Origin: Amoebophrya sp. A120
Taxonomy: Eukaryota; Protista; Dinoflagellata
NCBI GenBank assembly: GCA_905178155.1
Contig: CAJINV010000024.1
Span: 243,964 to 307,963, forward strand
DNA: 64,000 nt
Direction: 5' to 3'
Position 1 is the stretch's first letter. Each line of letters begins with the position of its first letter. The notes under the pieces were generated by a model. That model made no database searches and had not been told where the DNA came from. It worked only from the letters and a program-made list of their open reading frames with translations. The position numbers and the translations under genes are program-made. Of this stretch, positions 47,105 to 59,479 are shown piece by piece.

Positions 47105-50100
47105 GGGTGGGGCGCCGCTTATCATCCTGATACCACGAAAAGGAGCTTCCTGCACAACCAGCTGCGGTTCCGGCCGCCGAATAAGATTATGAGTTGCAAA
47201 AGTATCGGCTACTAGTATAGATTGCAATACAAAAAATTGGGTCACGCAGCGTTGTAGATTAAATTTGTAATGCGGATTTCCCTGAACAACTAGATTTGTA
47301 ATGCATAAGGCCTGAACAACTAGACTTCTCATGCTCGGGAAATTTGTAATGCGTTTGTACGAGTACGATACTTCTGCAATGCATAGGAAGTCCAGCAAGT
47401 CCATGAAACTGTCAAAGTAGGCACCATTTTCATTTTCGCTATATTCTTCAGAATCGGCAAAATCAGAGTCAGAACTGCCGCTGCTGAAGTCCTCTAAGTA
47501 ATCGTGTATTTCCCCATCTCGTACCTCTACCTGTTCTGGCGCCCCCTTCGCGTCGTGGTTCCCGTCAGTGTCAACACCAGCTTTGGGCTCTCCAGCGTCG
47601 TCACCAGCACGACCTTTCTCTTCCTCATTCGCCGCAGGAGCTACAGTGGCTTCCTTCATAATATCCTTCGCAGCCTTCTTCTCCGCATCCTTTTTCGCCT
47701 TTCTCTCAGCGGTTCTAGCCTTTTTAGCCGCATTTTTTTTCTCTTCCATTTCCCGCTCCAGGAGGTCCTCTGCCGCTGCTTCTTGCAATTTCTTGTCTTT
47801 GAAATCCAAAAACTCTTCGAAATGAAGCTTCAACTGTTTCATTTTCGGAATCTTCTCGGCTTCGAACTCTTCCCTCTGTTCCATCAATTGCTTCAAACCG
47901 TCGAGCGATAGAGGTTTGATCCTTTGGAACTGCTTATCGGTAACCTTGTTCTTCAGCATGACATGAAGCGCTAGTTTCTGCGGAGGCGGCTTGCGTAGCA
48001 AAGCGAAAAGTCGCTTCTTCTCCTGCTCGACTTGTTTTCTCTTCTCTTCTTTCTCGCTTCGTAACGCGATCTGACTGGCGGTTTTTTCTTTGTCTGAGGA
48101 ATCTTCACCTTCGGACGAGCGACCATTTTCATCATCATCTCCATCGCGGTTGTCCCTCTTGCGGGCGACTTTGGAGCCGATTTCTAGTAGTTCTTGTTCC
48201 ACGCTCTGTGGTTTATTTTGTCCTTCATCTCCGTGGTCTTCATCTTCTTTTTCGTCTTCGCTGCTTCCTGGCTGGACTCGCTCTTGCTCGATTTTTGAAG
48301 TCGTGGCCCTCTGGCAGCTCCCGGAGGTGGTCGTCGTGGTCACCCCGACCTGGTCCTCTATTTGCCACCAATTCTTCTCGTAATTCCATTTCCACTCCAC
48401 GCCGTCTGGTAAAAGCGCATTGTCTTCTCCGACATTTTTCCCAGTACCTGCGTGTTCCTGAAACTCCGAGGACCGCCACGCCGCATGGTTTTCGGAAACG
48501 ACGAGTTCCTCCGTTGGCCTTGGCTGTTTGTGTAGTTTTTCCACTCTCGCGGAGCGGTTCTTGTCAGCGGATCGTCGTCATCCGAGTCGCAATCAGAGAC
48601 GAAAAAGTCGTGACCGCGTGAAGGGTGGCGGTTGTTGACAACGGGCGGATCAACATTCAGGTTGTTCGCCTGCTCGTCCATCTTCGACGCTAGATTGTGC
48701 TGCTCCACAGAGTCGCCAGCCATGGTGGCGCCAAGACTTAAATTCAATTTGAATTTGATATCAATGGATCAGGAACTCGTTTTTGAAATTCAAATCTGTG
48801 ATGGGATGAATCGCGATGTCCAATGAGAATGACCACGCTGTGCTTTTTACAACATCTTTACCTAATCCTAGCACATAGACATCATACGATAGCTGCGGAA
48901 GCTGCCCTCATATAATCTTTTCTTCTTTTGTAGTTGTTTGTCCATTACTACTACATCTTCATCCGCTAGGCTAAAAAGAAGGAGAAAATGTAATGCGGAT
49001 TTCCCTGAACAACTAGATTTGTAATGCATAACTGCAAATTTAGTACGAGTTGTCGATCCTTTTGCACTGCATAAAGATCCGCTGGTTTCCCGGACTAGTC
49101 GGGTTCAGATCTACAACTGGGTCGCCTGCGTCTCCCGTGCAGCAGCACATGCGAGGCTGTAGTACTACGTCTCGTCCTGCGGGCAGAACCGCCGAGGGAG
49201 ATGAGCCTGCTCGTCGTGAGGCAAGCTCACGAAGAGCTATGAGTGTGCCTTCTGGTGGTCTTCCCGGAGATAGTGGTACAACGAGAACGAGGAGTCGGAG
49301 GAGCTCCCCCAGAGGCAAAAAACCATCTTCGGGCTGCGGCACCGTGCTGACGCTGCTGTCGACGGCGCGGAGACTGAAATCGGCGGCGGAAGTGGAAGAG
49401 GAAAGTTCTGAGAAGGCACACAGAACTTCTACACATGCAACTGCTGTGGCCACCAAAGCAGGAAAGAGCCACGCAGAAGTGCTGCCACCCAAGATGAACG
49501 GGCACCAAAGCAGTGACCGGTATGAGTACGGTCTGCTGATTCGGCGGTTATGCAATGCAAAAGCATCGCACTAGTATAAATTGCAGTACAAATTAGCCCA
49601 GCCTACAAATTGAATTTGTAATGCTGGTTTACCTTGAGACAGAGATCGCCGCAAGGTCGCAGCGCGGGGACTCTGTCCCCGCGCCATGACCTTGTTTGTG
49701 ATGCATAAACGCGATTGCTACGAGTGCGATACTTTTGCACAGGATAGCGGTGGAGGCTGGACGAGGGTGACGAGAAGAGCAAATCCTTCCCCTCCGGGTA
49801 TGCCCTGGAAGAGTATCTGCAGGAGGAGCCGCGCCGAAGATCATCGGAAACATCCGAGCGGAGCGTAAGTGGACAATGTGACACGACGCAGGAGGCAGCA
49901 GATGACGTCACGGGCCTCCTGCCCGAGAAGCATGGTCACAGTAGAAGCCACGACGATGATCATATCGTCGCAGGCAGCGGTAAAATAACGCAACGAAACA
50001 CGGAAGAAGGCGAAGATCACGCCTCCCTAGCGGAGATCACGATAGCCAGAAATGATCCGCCGTACAGGGCCACGAGCGCGAAGATGACAGGAGGTCGGGG

Positions 50101-53100
50101 AAAGCCAAAACCAAAACGCCACGAAGTACCAGAGATCGATGCTGGTCGTGCAAGACCAATCGACAGGGAAGAGGACGCTGCCACACTGCTCGACGCGGAG
50201 GAGGAACAGCGCTTCCTCGAGGGAGAGGAGGACGAGCATGGTTCGGAGACCGAGCGTGATCATGCGCAAAACCAGAAGTATATGTCACAAATGGAAATAT
50301 ATCAGGCGCGCCTTTATAAAGAAAATCGAAATGGCCCGTCAAATTCACCCACAAATGGCAATGCAAATAGCGCACAGATGAGCTACAGCAGAACACCACA
50401 AGCCAGAGATAACCGAGCAGACGGAGGTGCAGAAAAAAGTGGGCGCTCGGAGTCAGGTGGCCATGGCCAGGCTGCGGCTGGAACGACGAACAGATGCGAA
50501 TCTACTTCGCAGAACGACGAGGAGGAGGAGGAGACCATGCTACAACGCAGTAGCCAGTCGGTGGCCTTCATCCCGTTCGGAGCGCGACTACAAGAACGAG
50601 GACAGCATCAACGACAGACACAGATAACCGAAGATGCTGCGGTCGTCGATACAAAAACCGAAGCTGCAGCTGCTGCTTCTGAAAAAACCGCATCTGTCGA
50701 GGAAGTCGCGATCCCCATGGCGCGGGTCGGGTTTGCGGCGGACGTGGCGACGAAAATCGCAAGGCTAATCGCCAAACACGCAGGTGAGCGGGAAAAGGAC
50801 GGGGTGCTCAACTGGATCGGGAATGAAAGCCGCGACCAGGCAAATCCCCCGACAACTGGAGATCATGGTCGGAGAGGTGCGGAAAAATATAGTCGTGGTG
50901 CGAAGGACGACAAGAGTTCGAAGAACGCGGAACACGAAGATCCGGAGGCGGGTGAGGCTGCGACCGGAGGTGCAGCTTTGCCTCGTGGTAGGAAGAACGA
51001 CCCGATCGGGCAGGAGGACAACGCCTTTGGTACACCGGAGCAAGAAAATGACCGCCGGGAGCACCACCACGGCGACGTAGTAGACCCCGAAAAATCATAC
51101 TCTTCGTCCTTCCACTGCCTCAAAGGCCCGAACTGCCTGTTCCGTAATGTCTGCCTGAAGGGATTCACCTACGACTCTAGCATATACATTGCAAAAGTAC
51201 TATGACTACCGTGCAACTTCGTGCGTGAATTGCAATACAAATTTCATTTCCAAATAAAAAGAAGAAACGCAAATTGTGATGCTGAGTCGCATCGGGCTAC
51301 CAATCTGTCATGCATGATTGCAATTACTACGTAGGCGGTACTAGGAGTACTTTTGCACTGGATACACCAACCCACTCGACGATTTCCGATCCAGAATACG
51401 GGAGGTGCATTTCGAGTACTTTTTGCCCGAAGATGACACGACTTCCGCTGAAGTGGACGATGTATCCTGTGCAAAAGTATCGCACTCGTATAAATGCAAT
51501 ACAAATTTCCTCAGCATGAGAAATAAAATTTGTAATGCAGATTTTCGTTGGAAACAAGATTTGTAATGCAAGACTTGCATTTGTACGAGTACGATACTTT
51601 TGCAAAGGATACGATGACCACTCCCACGACGATTGGGAGACCCACAGCGATGCGGATACACGGTACATTTTTCAAAATCTGTATCTGATGCCAAATTATC
51701 CAAACATCATTCCCAATCTCCGCCACCTGGTGGCGAAAGCGCGGTTTCACCGGGCGCGTGGTGCTCCCGGGAAGCGGCGGCTCCAAGAACGGGGCAAGAG
51801 GGCGCTAGGTTCAGGACGACATCCAGATGAAGTTGTGCATCCTCGCGGTGCTCTCGCCGATTCCTCGAAAAGCACTCCCAAAACCGCCGTCTTCGTGCAG
51901 CGTGCCGGCGGGTTCACACACAACGTCGGCCACGTGATTCTTGACGAGATTCTGACGGTGTTTCAGGCCATGCTGAAGCACGATAGAATCGGAAGCGACG
52001 ATCGGGAGATCCAGATATCAAATGCAAAAATGTCTGGATGTCTAGCAACTTGTGTTGCTGATACTTGAATTGCAAACTTGCTGCTTGTACTGCATAACAG
52101 CATGAGAAATTTCGCGGGGCTTATTCCAAATTCATTCGTATTTAGCATGACAAAGTACCATATTCCGCACGACAAAAAAACTGGCCAATGGTATTCATGC
52201 ATTACAGATCTTTTTGTCCTTGAAGTCCTGCATCACAAATCCAGGTCCAGACATATTTGCAGTGCATACCAGATTCTACTGCACGAAAAGCAGTCCATGA
52301 ACATCAATGCGTTCGCGCAGCTGCTCGCGACCACGCCCGGTATTGTGAGGAAAAATGTCCCCACCCCAGAGTTGTCATGCAAGCCTGCATGCGAAAAACG
52401 TTTCTCATGCGGAGCCCCATGAGAAGCATTTTCTATTCGTCATTGGGAATTTGTGATGCTAGAATCATCATAGTATTGTGGATCTGTGATGCTTCTCCTG
52501 AATCAGCTAAACAGGATTACACTACGGAGACAAACTTGTCATGCGAAATAACCAAATCTGGTGGATTTGTCTACGCTGATTTCGCATCTTGACTCTGGTG
52601 TGGGGACGTTTTTACTCAGGATACCCGGGAAGACTACTTCATCTACACCCGCAGGTGGTTTTACCGGCGCTTCTACCGCTGCTGGTGGAACTTCCAACGT
52701 TTTCGACTGGACGGACATCGATTTGACCACCGAAGTGGATTTTTCTGCACCCGCTTTGAAATCGTCGGAAATAAAAGTTCACCGTTGCTTTCCGGAGCTC
52801 ATCCTCGGTTGGGCCCGGTTCCAGGGCTACTGGCACTTAGGGTTTGCCGAGCTGCAGCAGTACTTTCTGCTTCCAAGACACAGCATCATATGACAGTGCA
52901 CAACTTCCCATCGTCCCCCTCATTTGTATAGCATGAACGCCAATACAAGCATTAGCAAGAGTGCCGGCTTTGCATGACAACGTTTGCACTGGAGTGTAGT
53001 CCTATTTTGGCGGCTACCAGCAGAACTTGTCATGCATAAGAGTGCCAAGAGGAAAAGAGTGGATTGAGTATTTTGCATGAGAAATGAGGGGGAACGGGAG

Positions 53101-55879
53101 TTCTTGTGCACTGTCACACATCACCGCGGGCATCCAGAAGTACCAGGACCTGCTGAAATTCAAGGAGTACGTATCGTGAGGAAAAAACTGTGTAAGTGTA
53201 AATCTGTGATGCAGAACATGCAACAGAGTTACGCCTGTCATGCCAGACAGCCACGCAGTCCTCTTTTCATGTGTGTTTTCCCTAATCAACCACGCATGAC
53301 AGGTTTTCTCTGTCATGTGGAGCAAATTTGTGATGCTGTCAGCCAAAGAAAGTTACACTAACACAGTTTTTTTCTTGGATATTACGTGTGGCGGAGGTTT
53401 GGGATTGCGAAGAGGGAGAACATATCCTGAGTAAAAACGTCTCCTCTCGATTCCTTTCTGAAAATTCGAAATTTCTCTGTGCTTTAAATTTGGTCTTTTC
53501 CAGTACATAAACACCCCAGAGTTGTCATGCAAATCTACATGCTGAAAATGTTTCTCATGCGGAGCTCCATGAGAAGCATTTTCTAGTCGTGTTTTTCAAT
53601 TTGTCATGCTCCAATCAGCATGGTAAGCTAGATCTGTGATGCTGCTGAGCTAGCTCAAACAGCACTACACTACGAATCCAAATTTGTCATGCAAAACAGC
53701 CAAAACTTGCGGATTTGTCTAGCCGGTTCCCCATCCTGCCTCTGGTGTGAGTACGTTTTTACTCAGGATAGAACAAAGAACGGGATTATGCCGGCGCGGG
53801 CGGGGTACTGGTTCCTGGTGCAGCATCTTCGACAAGAGCTAGTGCGCCCCCTACTTCCGTGCTGTACAACATTACCATCGTGCTGAAAAACCGGCATTCC
53901 GCCGAAAACTGCTGCGTCATGACCAACGCAGACCAACTGAAACGGTATTTGCTGCGAAGGTTCTTCAGGAGTAAGAGTTCAGGAGCCACCAGCACCGCTG
54001 CAGGACCAACTACATTCCGCGAGGACACGGAAAGAATGAAAGATGTTGCACCTGTTCCTACGTCGCATGGCTTTCAAGTTGAAGAATTGTCTGGGCTGCA
54101 ACTACAGCGCGCAAGCATCGACCAAGTGCTGCTGCTCAACTGGTCGGATTTGAAGGGCAGCTGGCAGAAGCAAGTGGAGGTTATGGCGTACACGGATATT
54201 CTGCTATCCTTCCCCGGCGCGGACGTCTGCAGCTCGGTGTTTATGCCCACAGTGAGTGGCTTTATTCTCCCCGATCGACTGCTGGGCTGGGCGCCAGAGG
54301 AAAAAGACACGCTCGAGCTGGTGCGGCAAGACGTCAAGCAGGAGAAGCGGAAGCGAGGTCTGAGCGAACAGAGCCACGAGGTGCTGCAAGTGGACGCCTT
54401 TGGAAAAATCGTCGTGAGCAGTAGCGGCGGCGGCGAGAATTCGCAAGGTCGTCGTAGTGCTCTGCATCAGAAGCTCAATCTCGAACAGCAGGTGAAGCTG
54501 TTTTACCAGCGCCGGTTTCACCGCTTTTTGAAGGTGACCGCGACCTCCAGTGCAGTTGAAGAGGAACAATTTGGGGAGGATAGTGGGCAGTTTCCTGCGG
54601 GTAGTCCAGGCGAGAGCGCAGGATCCCCCACTTCCAGCGTCGTCGACTACATGCGGCAGCATTTGCAGTATCAAATGCAAATATGTCTGGGTCTGGAAGA
54701 TTGCAACTTGTCATGCTAAGTCTGAATCAGGCAAAAGACTGTGTTGCATGATTGCCAAAAGCTGTGCACTTTTGACCTAATCGAGAGGCAGTTTCTCATG
54801 CAGGATAAGCATTGGAAAGGTAAAGGTTATTTCGCAGAATCTGTCATGCTATGTCCTGCATACCACACTTCATGGGTTATGGAAAATCTGCATCACAAAT
54901 CTAACAATCTTCCAGACCCAGACACTTTTGCAATCCATATGCAGCAGCACGAGGTGAATTCCCACGGAATCTCGGCCAAGGGTTGGGAGGGCCTTGGCTT
55001 CATCGACATGGTCTTCACGCACCGGCTACCAAATGTAAAAATGTCTGGGTCTGGAAGAATGCAACTTGTCATGCTAAATCTGAAGCATCCATAAATGTGT
55101 GTTGCATGATAGTACCAAAAGTCGTCCAGTTTTGACCAAGTCGGGAGGGTGTTTCTCATGCAGGATGGGCATGAGAGATATAATCGCCCGGAATCTGTCA
55201 TGCTAGGTCCTGCATTCCAGACCTCATGGGTCATGGAAAAGCTGCATGACAAATCGCGAATTCTTCCAGACCCAGACATTTTTACATTTGATACCGGCCC
55301 TACCTCAACATCAAGCTGATGCCCCAGTACGTGGCGGGCGTCACGTATGAAAGTGCACAACATCCTGTCCCCCTCATTTGTCATGCAAATTGCCAAATCC
55401 AAGCTGTGCATTTTGGCAGTGTCTGCATGACAAGTCCTGGTACTTAGCCCAAACAGCACTGCAATCCAGTGTGAATTTGTCATGCAAAACCGGCACTCTT
55501 GCTGATGCTTGTCTTGCCGTTCATGCTATACAAATGAGGGGGAGGGGGAGTTGTGCACTGTCATATCACGAACACCAGCGTGGCGCGGCCGACGTTCGTT
55601 TTGTCGCCGCGAAAATCGGTCTTCGAGCAGGTGCCCTCGCCGCGGGACCGGCACAGTACTGCGGAGTTCGACAACGTCATGTACCGGAAAGCCAACCCGT
55701 CCGCGGTGATTCCCCCGGAGTTTCCGCACGAGGAATTTTTCCGCTACGAATCGGTCATCAACGGCAGCATCTTCTGGCCGAAGAACACGGTGATCCGAAA
55801 TGTCCATCAGGGCGGCTTCCAGAAAATCGGCGACCTCGTGGAGAGTCTGCTGGACTACTTTCAGCGGATCAAGGGCTGA
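47105..55879 (+). CDS. Glycosyltransferase family 61-like protein (gene B), 12 TAT..ATA-type introns, 5' end unresolved
   Basis: Hand-spliced in-frame exons: about 47105-47187, 49079-49548, 49752-51182, 51370-51462, 51617-52015, 52274-52340, 52629-52888, 53124-53171, 53387-53422, 53776-54668, 54945-55026, 55299-55345, 55571-55879. Motifs: CLFRNVCL, HNVGHVILDEILTVF, RCFPELILGW, LLKFKEYVW, ITIVLKNR..MTNADQL, QVEVMAYTDILLSFPGA..SVFMP. Confidence 0.82.
47188..49073. mobile_element. Composite family-B introner (1886 bp) carrying a captured gene fragment
   Basis: Left end TATGAGTTGCAAAAGTATCG and right end CGATCCTTTTGCACTGCATA share DR AAGAT. A 43-bp internal segment is duplicated at about 47266 and 48989. 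Removal joins RPPNK to IRWFPG in frame. Confidence 0.8.
47386..48723 (-). pseudogene. Captured 5' part of a charged coiled-coil protein gene, frameshifted
   Basis: ATG at 48723 (MAGDSVEQ...) shifts near 48550 into the long K/E-rich frame of ORF 47072-48544. That frame runs into a family-B terminus at 47385 whose flank (GGAAG) has no matching partner here. Confidence 0.65.
49549..49746. mobile_element. Introner, family B
   Basis: DR GCGGT; empty paralog at about 27400-27420. Confidence 0.92.
51183..51364. mobile_element. Introner, family B-like
   Basis: TATACATTGCAAAAGTACT...AGTACTTTTGCACTGGATA; DR TAGCA/CACCA; join gives DSSNPLDDFR. Confidence 0.85.
51463..51611. mobile_element. Introner, family B
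   Basis: DR CGATG; join gives EVDDDHSH. Confidence 0.93.
52016..52268. mobile_element. Introner, family A-like
   Basis: DR CCAGA; join gives REIQILLHE. Confidence 0.9.
52341..52623. mobile_element. Introner, family C
   Basis: DR CCCGG; join gives ATTPGKTT. Confidence 0.92.
52889..53118. mobile_element. Introner, family E
   Basis: TATGACAGTGCACAA...TTGTGCACTGTCACA (ends ACA); DR CATCA; join gives HSITAGIQKY. Confidence 0.9.
53172..53381. mobile_element. Introner, family F
   Basis: TATCGTGAGGAAAAAACTGTGT...ACACAGTTTTTTTCTTGGATA; DR GTACG/TTACG; join gives FKEYVWRRFG. Confidence 0.88.
53423..53770. mobile_element. Introner, family C (reverse complement of 34753 over most of its length)
   Basis: DR GAACA; join gives KRENKERDY. 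Confidence 0.93.
54669..54939. mobile_element. Introner, family A
   Basis: DR TGCAG; join gives QHLQQHEV. Confidence 0.93.
55027..55293. mobile_element. Introner, family A (starts TAC)
   Basis: DR CCGGC; join gives FTHRPYLNI. Confidence 0.92.
55346..55565. mobile_element. Introner, family E (opposite orientation to 52889)
   Basis: DR TCACG; join gives AGVTNTSV. Confidence 0.92.
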
Positions 55880-56808
55880 GATTGGATGAAACACGTGTCG
55901 GGAAACAGCAACAGATGGCGCAGCGCTATGGCACTGAAAATTTGCGACCGCGAGGACCTGTAATGAGTATAATGAATTAAGCATCTAAAAAAAATGCTAC
56001 TGAGTAAAAACAAAGCACAATCTAAAAAGACTCAGAGTCGCGAACAGATTACAACAATCATCAAAGCATCGAAAAGTTACAATCATCAAAGCATCGAAAA
56101 GATTACAATTATTACGGCGTTTGTTGCCAAAGACGCGCAAGAGCAATACAAGATATCTGTATCTGATTTTATGACACTCTTCTTTTCTCGACTAAGTTCT
56201 GATGGCAGGAGTGTGCCGACGTCCGATGGTACCCCGGTAGTGTGCCGACGTCCGATTTGATCGGGCGTAAGAGTTCTTGCTGTAGTTCATGATCGAAAAG
56301 TAGATCACAAGTAATCGGCGGCTCAATCGGCAGTTCTTCGGCACACGAACTATTGAACGAGATTTCTCTATCGTCGGACTCGTATTAAGCGTGCTCGTGT
56401 CTATAAGTTCGAACTCTTCGATGCTGTCGTGTTGGGGCTATCTCGTCGCTCGTGGACTTACTCGACAAAGTAAAGTCGTGTCGCTTGAGTAGATTTCGAC
56501 CTTCGTTCGCAGAACCACAAACAACTTCAACCTCCTCGAGAGGGAGGTGAAAGTATCACTCTGGGTCGCTCGTAGAATTTCAGTTTCACGGATCGGAACC
56601 GTCAGTCGCGTGAAATTGCAAGGAAGGCTTGCGAGTGACGACTCATACACCTGAATTAGCGAGAACGCCATGATCTTCATGAAGTAGAAACGCAACGACG
56701 TTTCAACAATTACAAAAACCTAGAAAACCACGTCAACCGAGAGAGCGATCATTTTTTTTTACAGTTTGATATTTCCAGCGGGAAAATAACTGCTTACGGA
56801 ACACGAAG

Positions 56809-59479
56809 ATGGCAACACCAGGTTCTGCGGATCATGCGCAGTCCTCGAGGCCGTTGGAGGTTTCTCCTGCGTCCGAACGGCAGATGTTGATCGAAGCTCG
56901 CAAAAAATTGCAAAAGCAGGTCACAGACATGGAGCAGCACGCGGAAAATCAGCGGGGCCGCTTCAACGCGTACCAGCAACTGCACGCGAAACGCCTCGAC
57001 TGGCTGATATCAACTGTAAAAGTGTCTGGGTCTGGAAACTTGTGATGCTGGGTGGCGCATGATTGAAGCGCTTCCAATGGCAGCCAAGCATGACAAGTTT
57101 TTGAGAGGCCTTCTGATGCCTAGCATGCATGACAAATTGCGTTTTTGCATGACAAAGAAAGCTTCTCTTTTGCTGCTTATGCAAGACAGATTTTCCAGGA
57201 ATGCATGACACGCATTACAAGTTCCACTTTTCCAGACCCAGACATTTTTACATTTGATAGCTGACGGCGTTTTTCAAGACCGACATGGTGCTGCTCGACA
57301 TATGGCACAACTGGAACGCGCAGTTCGACAAGATTGTTGGATTAGTGGTAGCCCTCGACAAGTCGTCGGAAGAACAACCGCAAGAACAGGCGGAAGAAGT
57401 AGTAGTACCAGACGAAGATAGGGCGTATTTGAATCAGATGACTGCAGGATCTTCTTCATCTGCAACAATGCGAACAAACCCACACGCGGCCAGTTTGATG
57501 TTCCGGCGTGAAGGTGGATATAATAAGAAGAACGTCTGCGATTTATTGCGGGGTAAAATACTGACCACTCCCCGGAAGATTTTCGCGGAGTTGCGGATGG
57601 GAATGGAAGAGTCGTTGCACCAATCCACGACACAGCAAGAACTTGGCGCATCTTCAACTGCGGTCACGACCAAGACAGTAGACCGACTCTACCCCGCCGA
57701 CAACATTTGGCGGCTCGACAACTGGCTGACCGTCGACGCCCCGGAGGCTTCGTCGAAGTTGCATTCGGCGATACAAAAAACCACCGACATTTGGCTCAAG
57801 GAAAAAGGTCCCGTGTTCTGGGAAAAGTGGACTGCGTTCCAGAAGGCTGCTCAGGGCCTTCTGGGCAAGGCCCGGGAGTTGCAAACTGCGGAACGCGCTC
57901 TGCTGGACGTCGAAGTGCGGGGCCGCAAGTACGCTGAAATTCTACAACTTCCAGAAGATGATCCCTACGAAGTGCAGCGCGCGCTCGAGAAGGCGCTCGG
58001 AGAGAAATCGCGAGCGCTGCGGGACGCGCAGTGGAAAAGTGACAAGCACATCATGTTGCTCGAGGAGTCTTTGCAGCGGCGCGGCAAAGAGGTGGAAAAG
58101 TACGCTTTGTTGGAGGTTAACATGCAGTACGAACTGCAGGCCGCCGCCGCCAAGGTTTCGGCGTACGAGCAAGAATTACGGACGCACAGACGCAACGCTG
58201 AAGCCGTGCGACAACGCGACCTGGACGTGGAGGAGTTCGAGGTGACGAAGCTCCGGAAGTCAGCCTTGGAAGACGACCTAGCCCGGGAGAATGACCGGAA
58301 AAATGTGCTCGTGGACAAGTTGCACGACTCGGAGCAGGAGAAGAAAATGCTGGAGCAGCGGGTCGCCGAGTTAACACGAAAATTGGAGCGAAAAGTATGA
58401 AGTACAAATATCGATCTGGGTCTGGAAGATGGATGCAATAAACCTGTCATGCAGAATTTTTATGCGCGACGATGTCTGGAATTATGCAGGACGAAGCATG
58501 ACAGACTCCGCGAGGTCTCCGTCTCTATCATGCCTAGTATCCTGCATGAGAAACTCCCTCTCATGTTGGTCAAAAAAAGGCAACCTTTGGTGATCACGCA
58601 AGATGACAGATTTTTGTGTGACCCACTACAGGACGCATACCAAGTTCCATCCATCCAGACCGAGACATATTTGCGATGCATAAAAAGCCAAGCTCGACGA
58701 CGTTGACGCGCATTTGGAAAGCATAGGCTTCGGTCAGTGCGAAATCTGCTGTGACGCGTACGTGGCACAAGGTATGACGGTGGCACGTGGTCCAAACAAG
58801 TTGTAGCCTGCTGCGGTCCAACGCAAACGGATTAGATGGCTTTGTTGCATGATTTTTGTTTTTTATGCAGATCTTCAGCACAGAATGAACTTTCAGTGTC
58901 AGCAATAACCACCTGGCATGTTGAATGAATGTAGGTAGCCAAAATCCGTTCGCAAAAGGCACTACAGCTTGTCACGAGTAATTTTTCCTCGGCACGACGC
59001 ACGTGAACCAACGGCCGATGTGCTTCTCCTGCGGCCACGGAGCGTGTGCGAGCTGCGTGGACCTTCTGCGGGGGTGCGGTCGGGATCTGTGCCCAAAGTG
59101 CCGCGAGCCGGGGGTACTGCAGGATGCAGTCGTGAATTACGGACTGGAGGCCGCGCTAGAAACCCTGGGGCGGTGCGCCGTCCCTGCACCTCCGTCGCGC
59201 AGTGCCGAGTTGGCGACGCCGACCTTGCCCATGGGGCGTGGCCAGCTGCTACGAACCTTTGCTCGGAGATTGTGTTGCCGACAGACGCTGAATGTTCTCG
59301 CCCTGATAGTGGGTTGGGTGTGGGACCATGCCTGTGCCTTATGGTGTTGTTTCTGGCTCGCTGCTGTTTCTGGCTCGTCAGCGATGTGTTGTTTCTGGCT
59401 CTCGGTGTTGTTTCTGGCTTTCGCTGAATTGTTTGCTTTAAGTACCCTGACTATAATTCTTGAAGCGGTCACGGTTTAA
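56809..59479 (+). CDS. Coiled-coil RING-finger protein (putative E3 ligase) with hydrophobic C-terminus
   Basis: Exons 56809-57007, 57265-58395, 58688-about 58772 and about 58992-59479. RING is CEICCD...CFSCGHGACASC...CPKCR, split by the third intron, whose 3' edge is approximate. Confidence 0.8.
57008..57259. mobile_element. Introner, family A
   Basis: DR GCTGA; join gives LDWLTAFFKTDM. Confidence 0.93.
58396..58682. mobile_element. Introner, family A (diverged)
   Basis: DR AAAAG; join gives LERKAKLDD. Confidence 0.88.

Noticed and set aside
57788-57800. Dinoflagellate spliced-leader relic (CATTTGGCTCAAG)
   Set aside because: One T short of the leader, lacks the CCGTAG 5' part, and lies mid-exon (DIWLK); probably chance.
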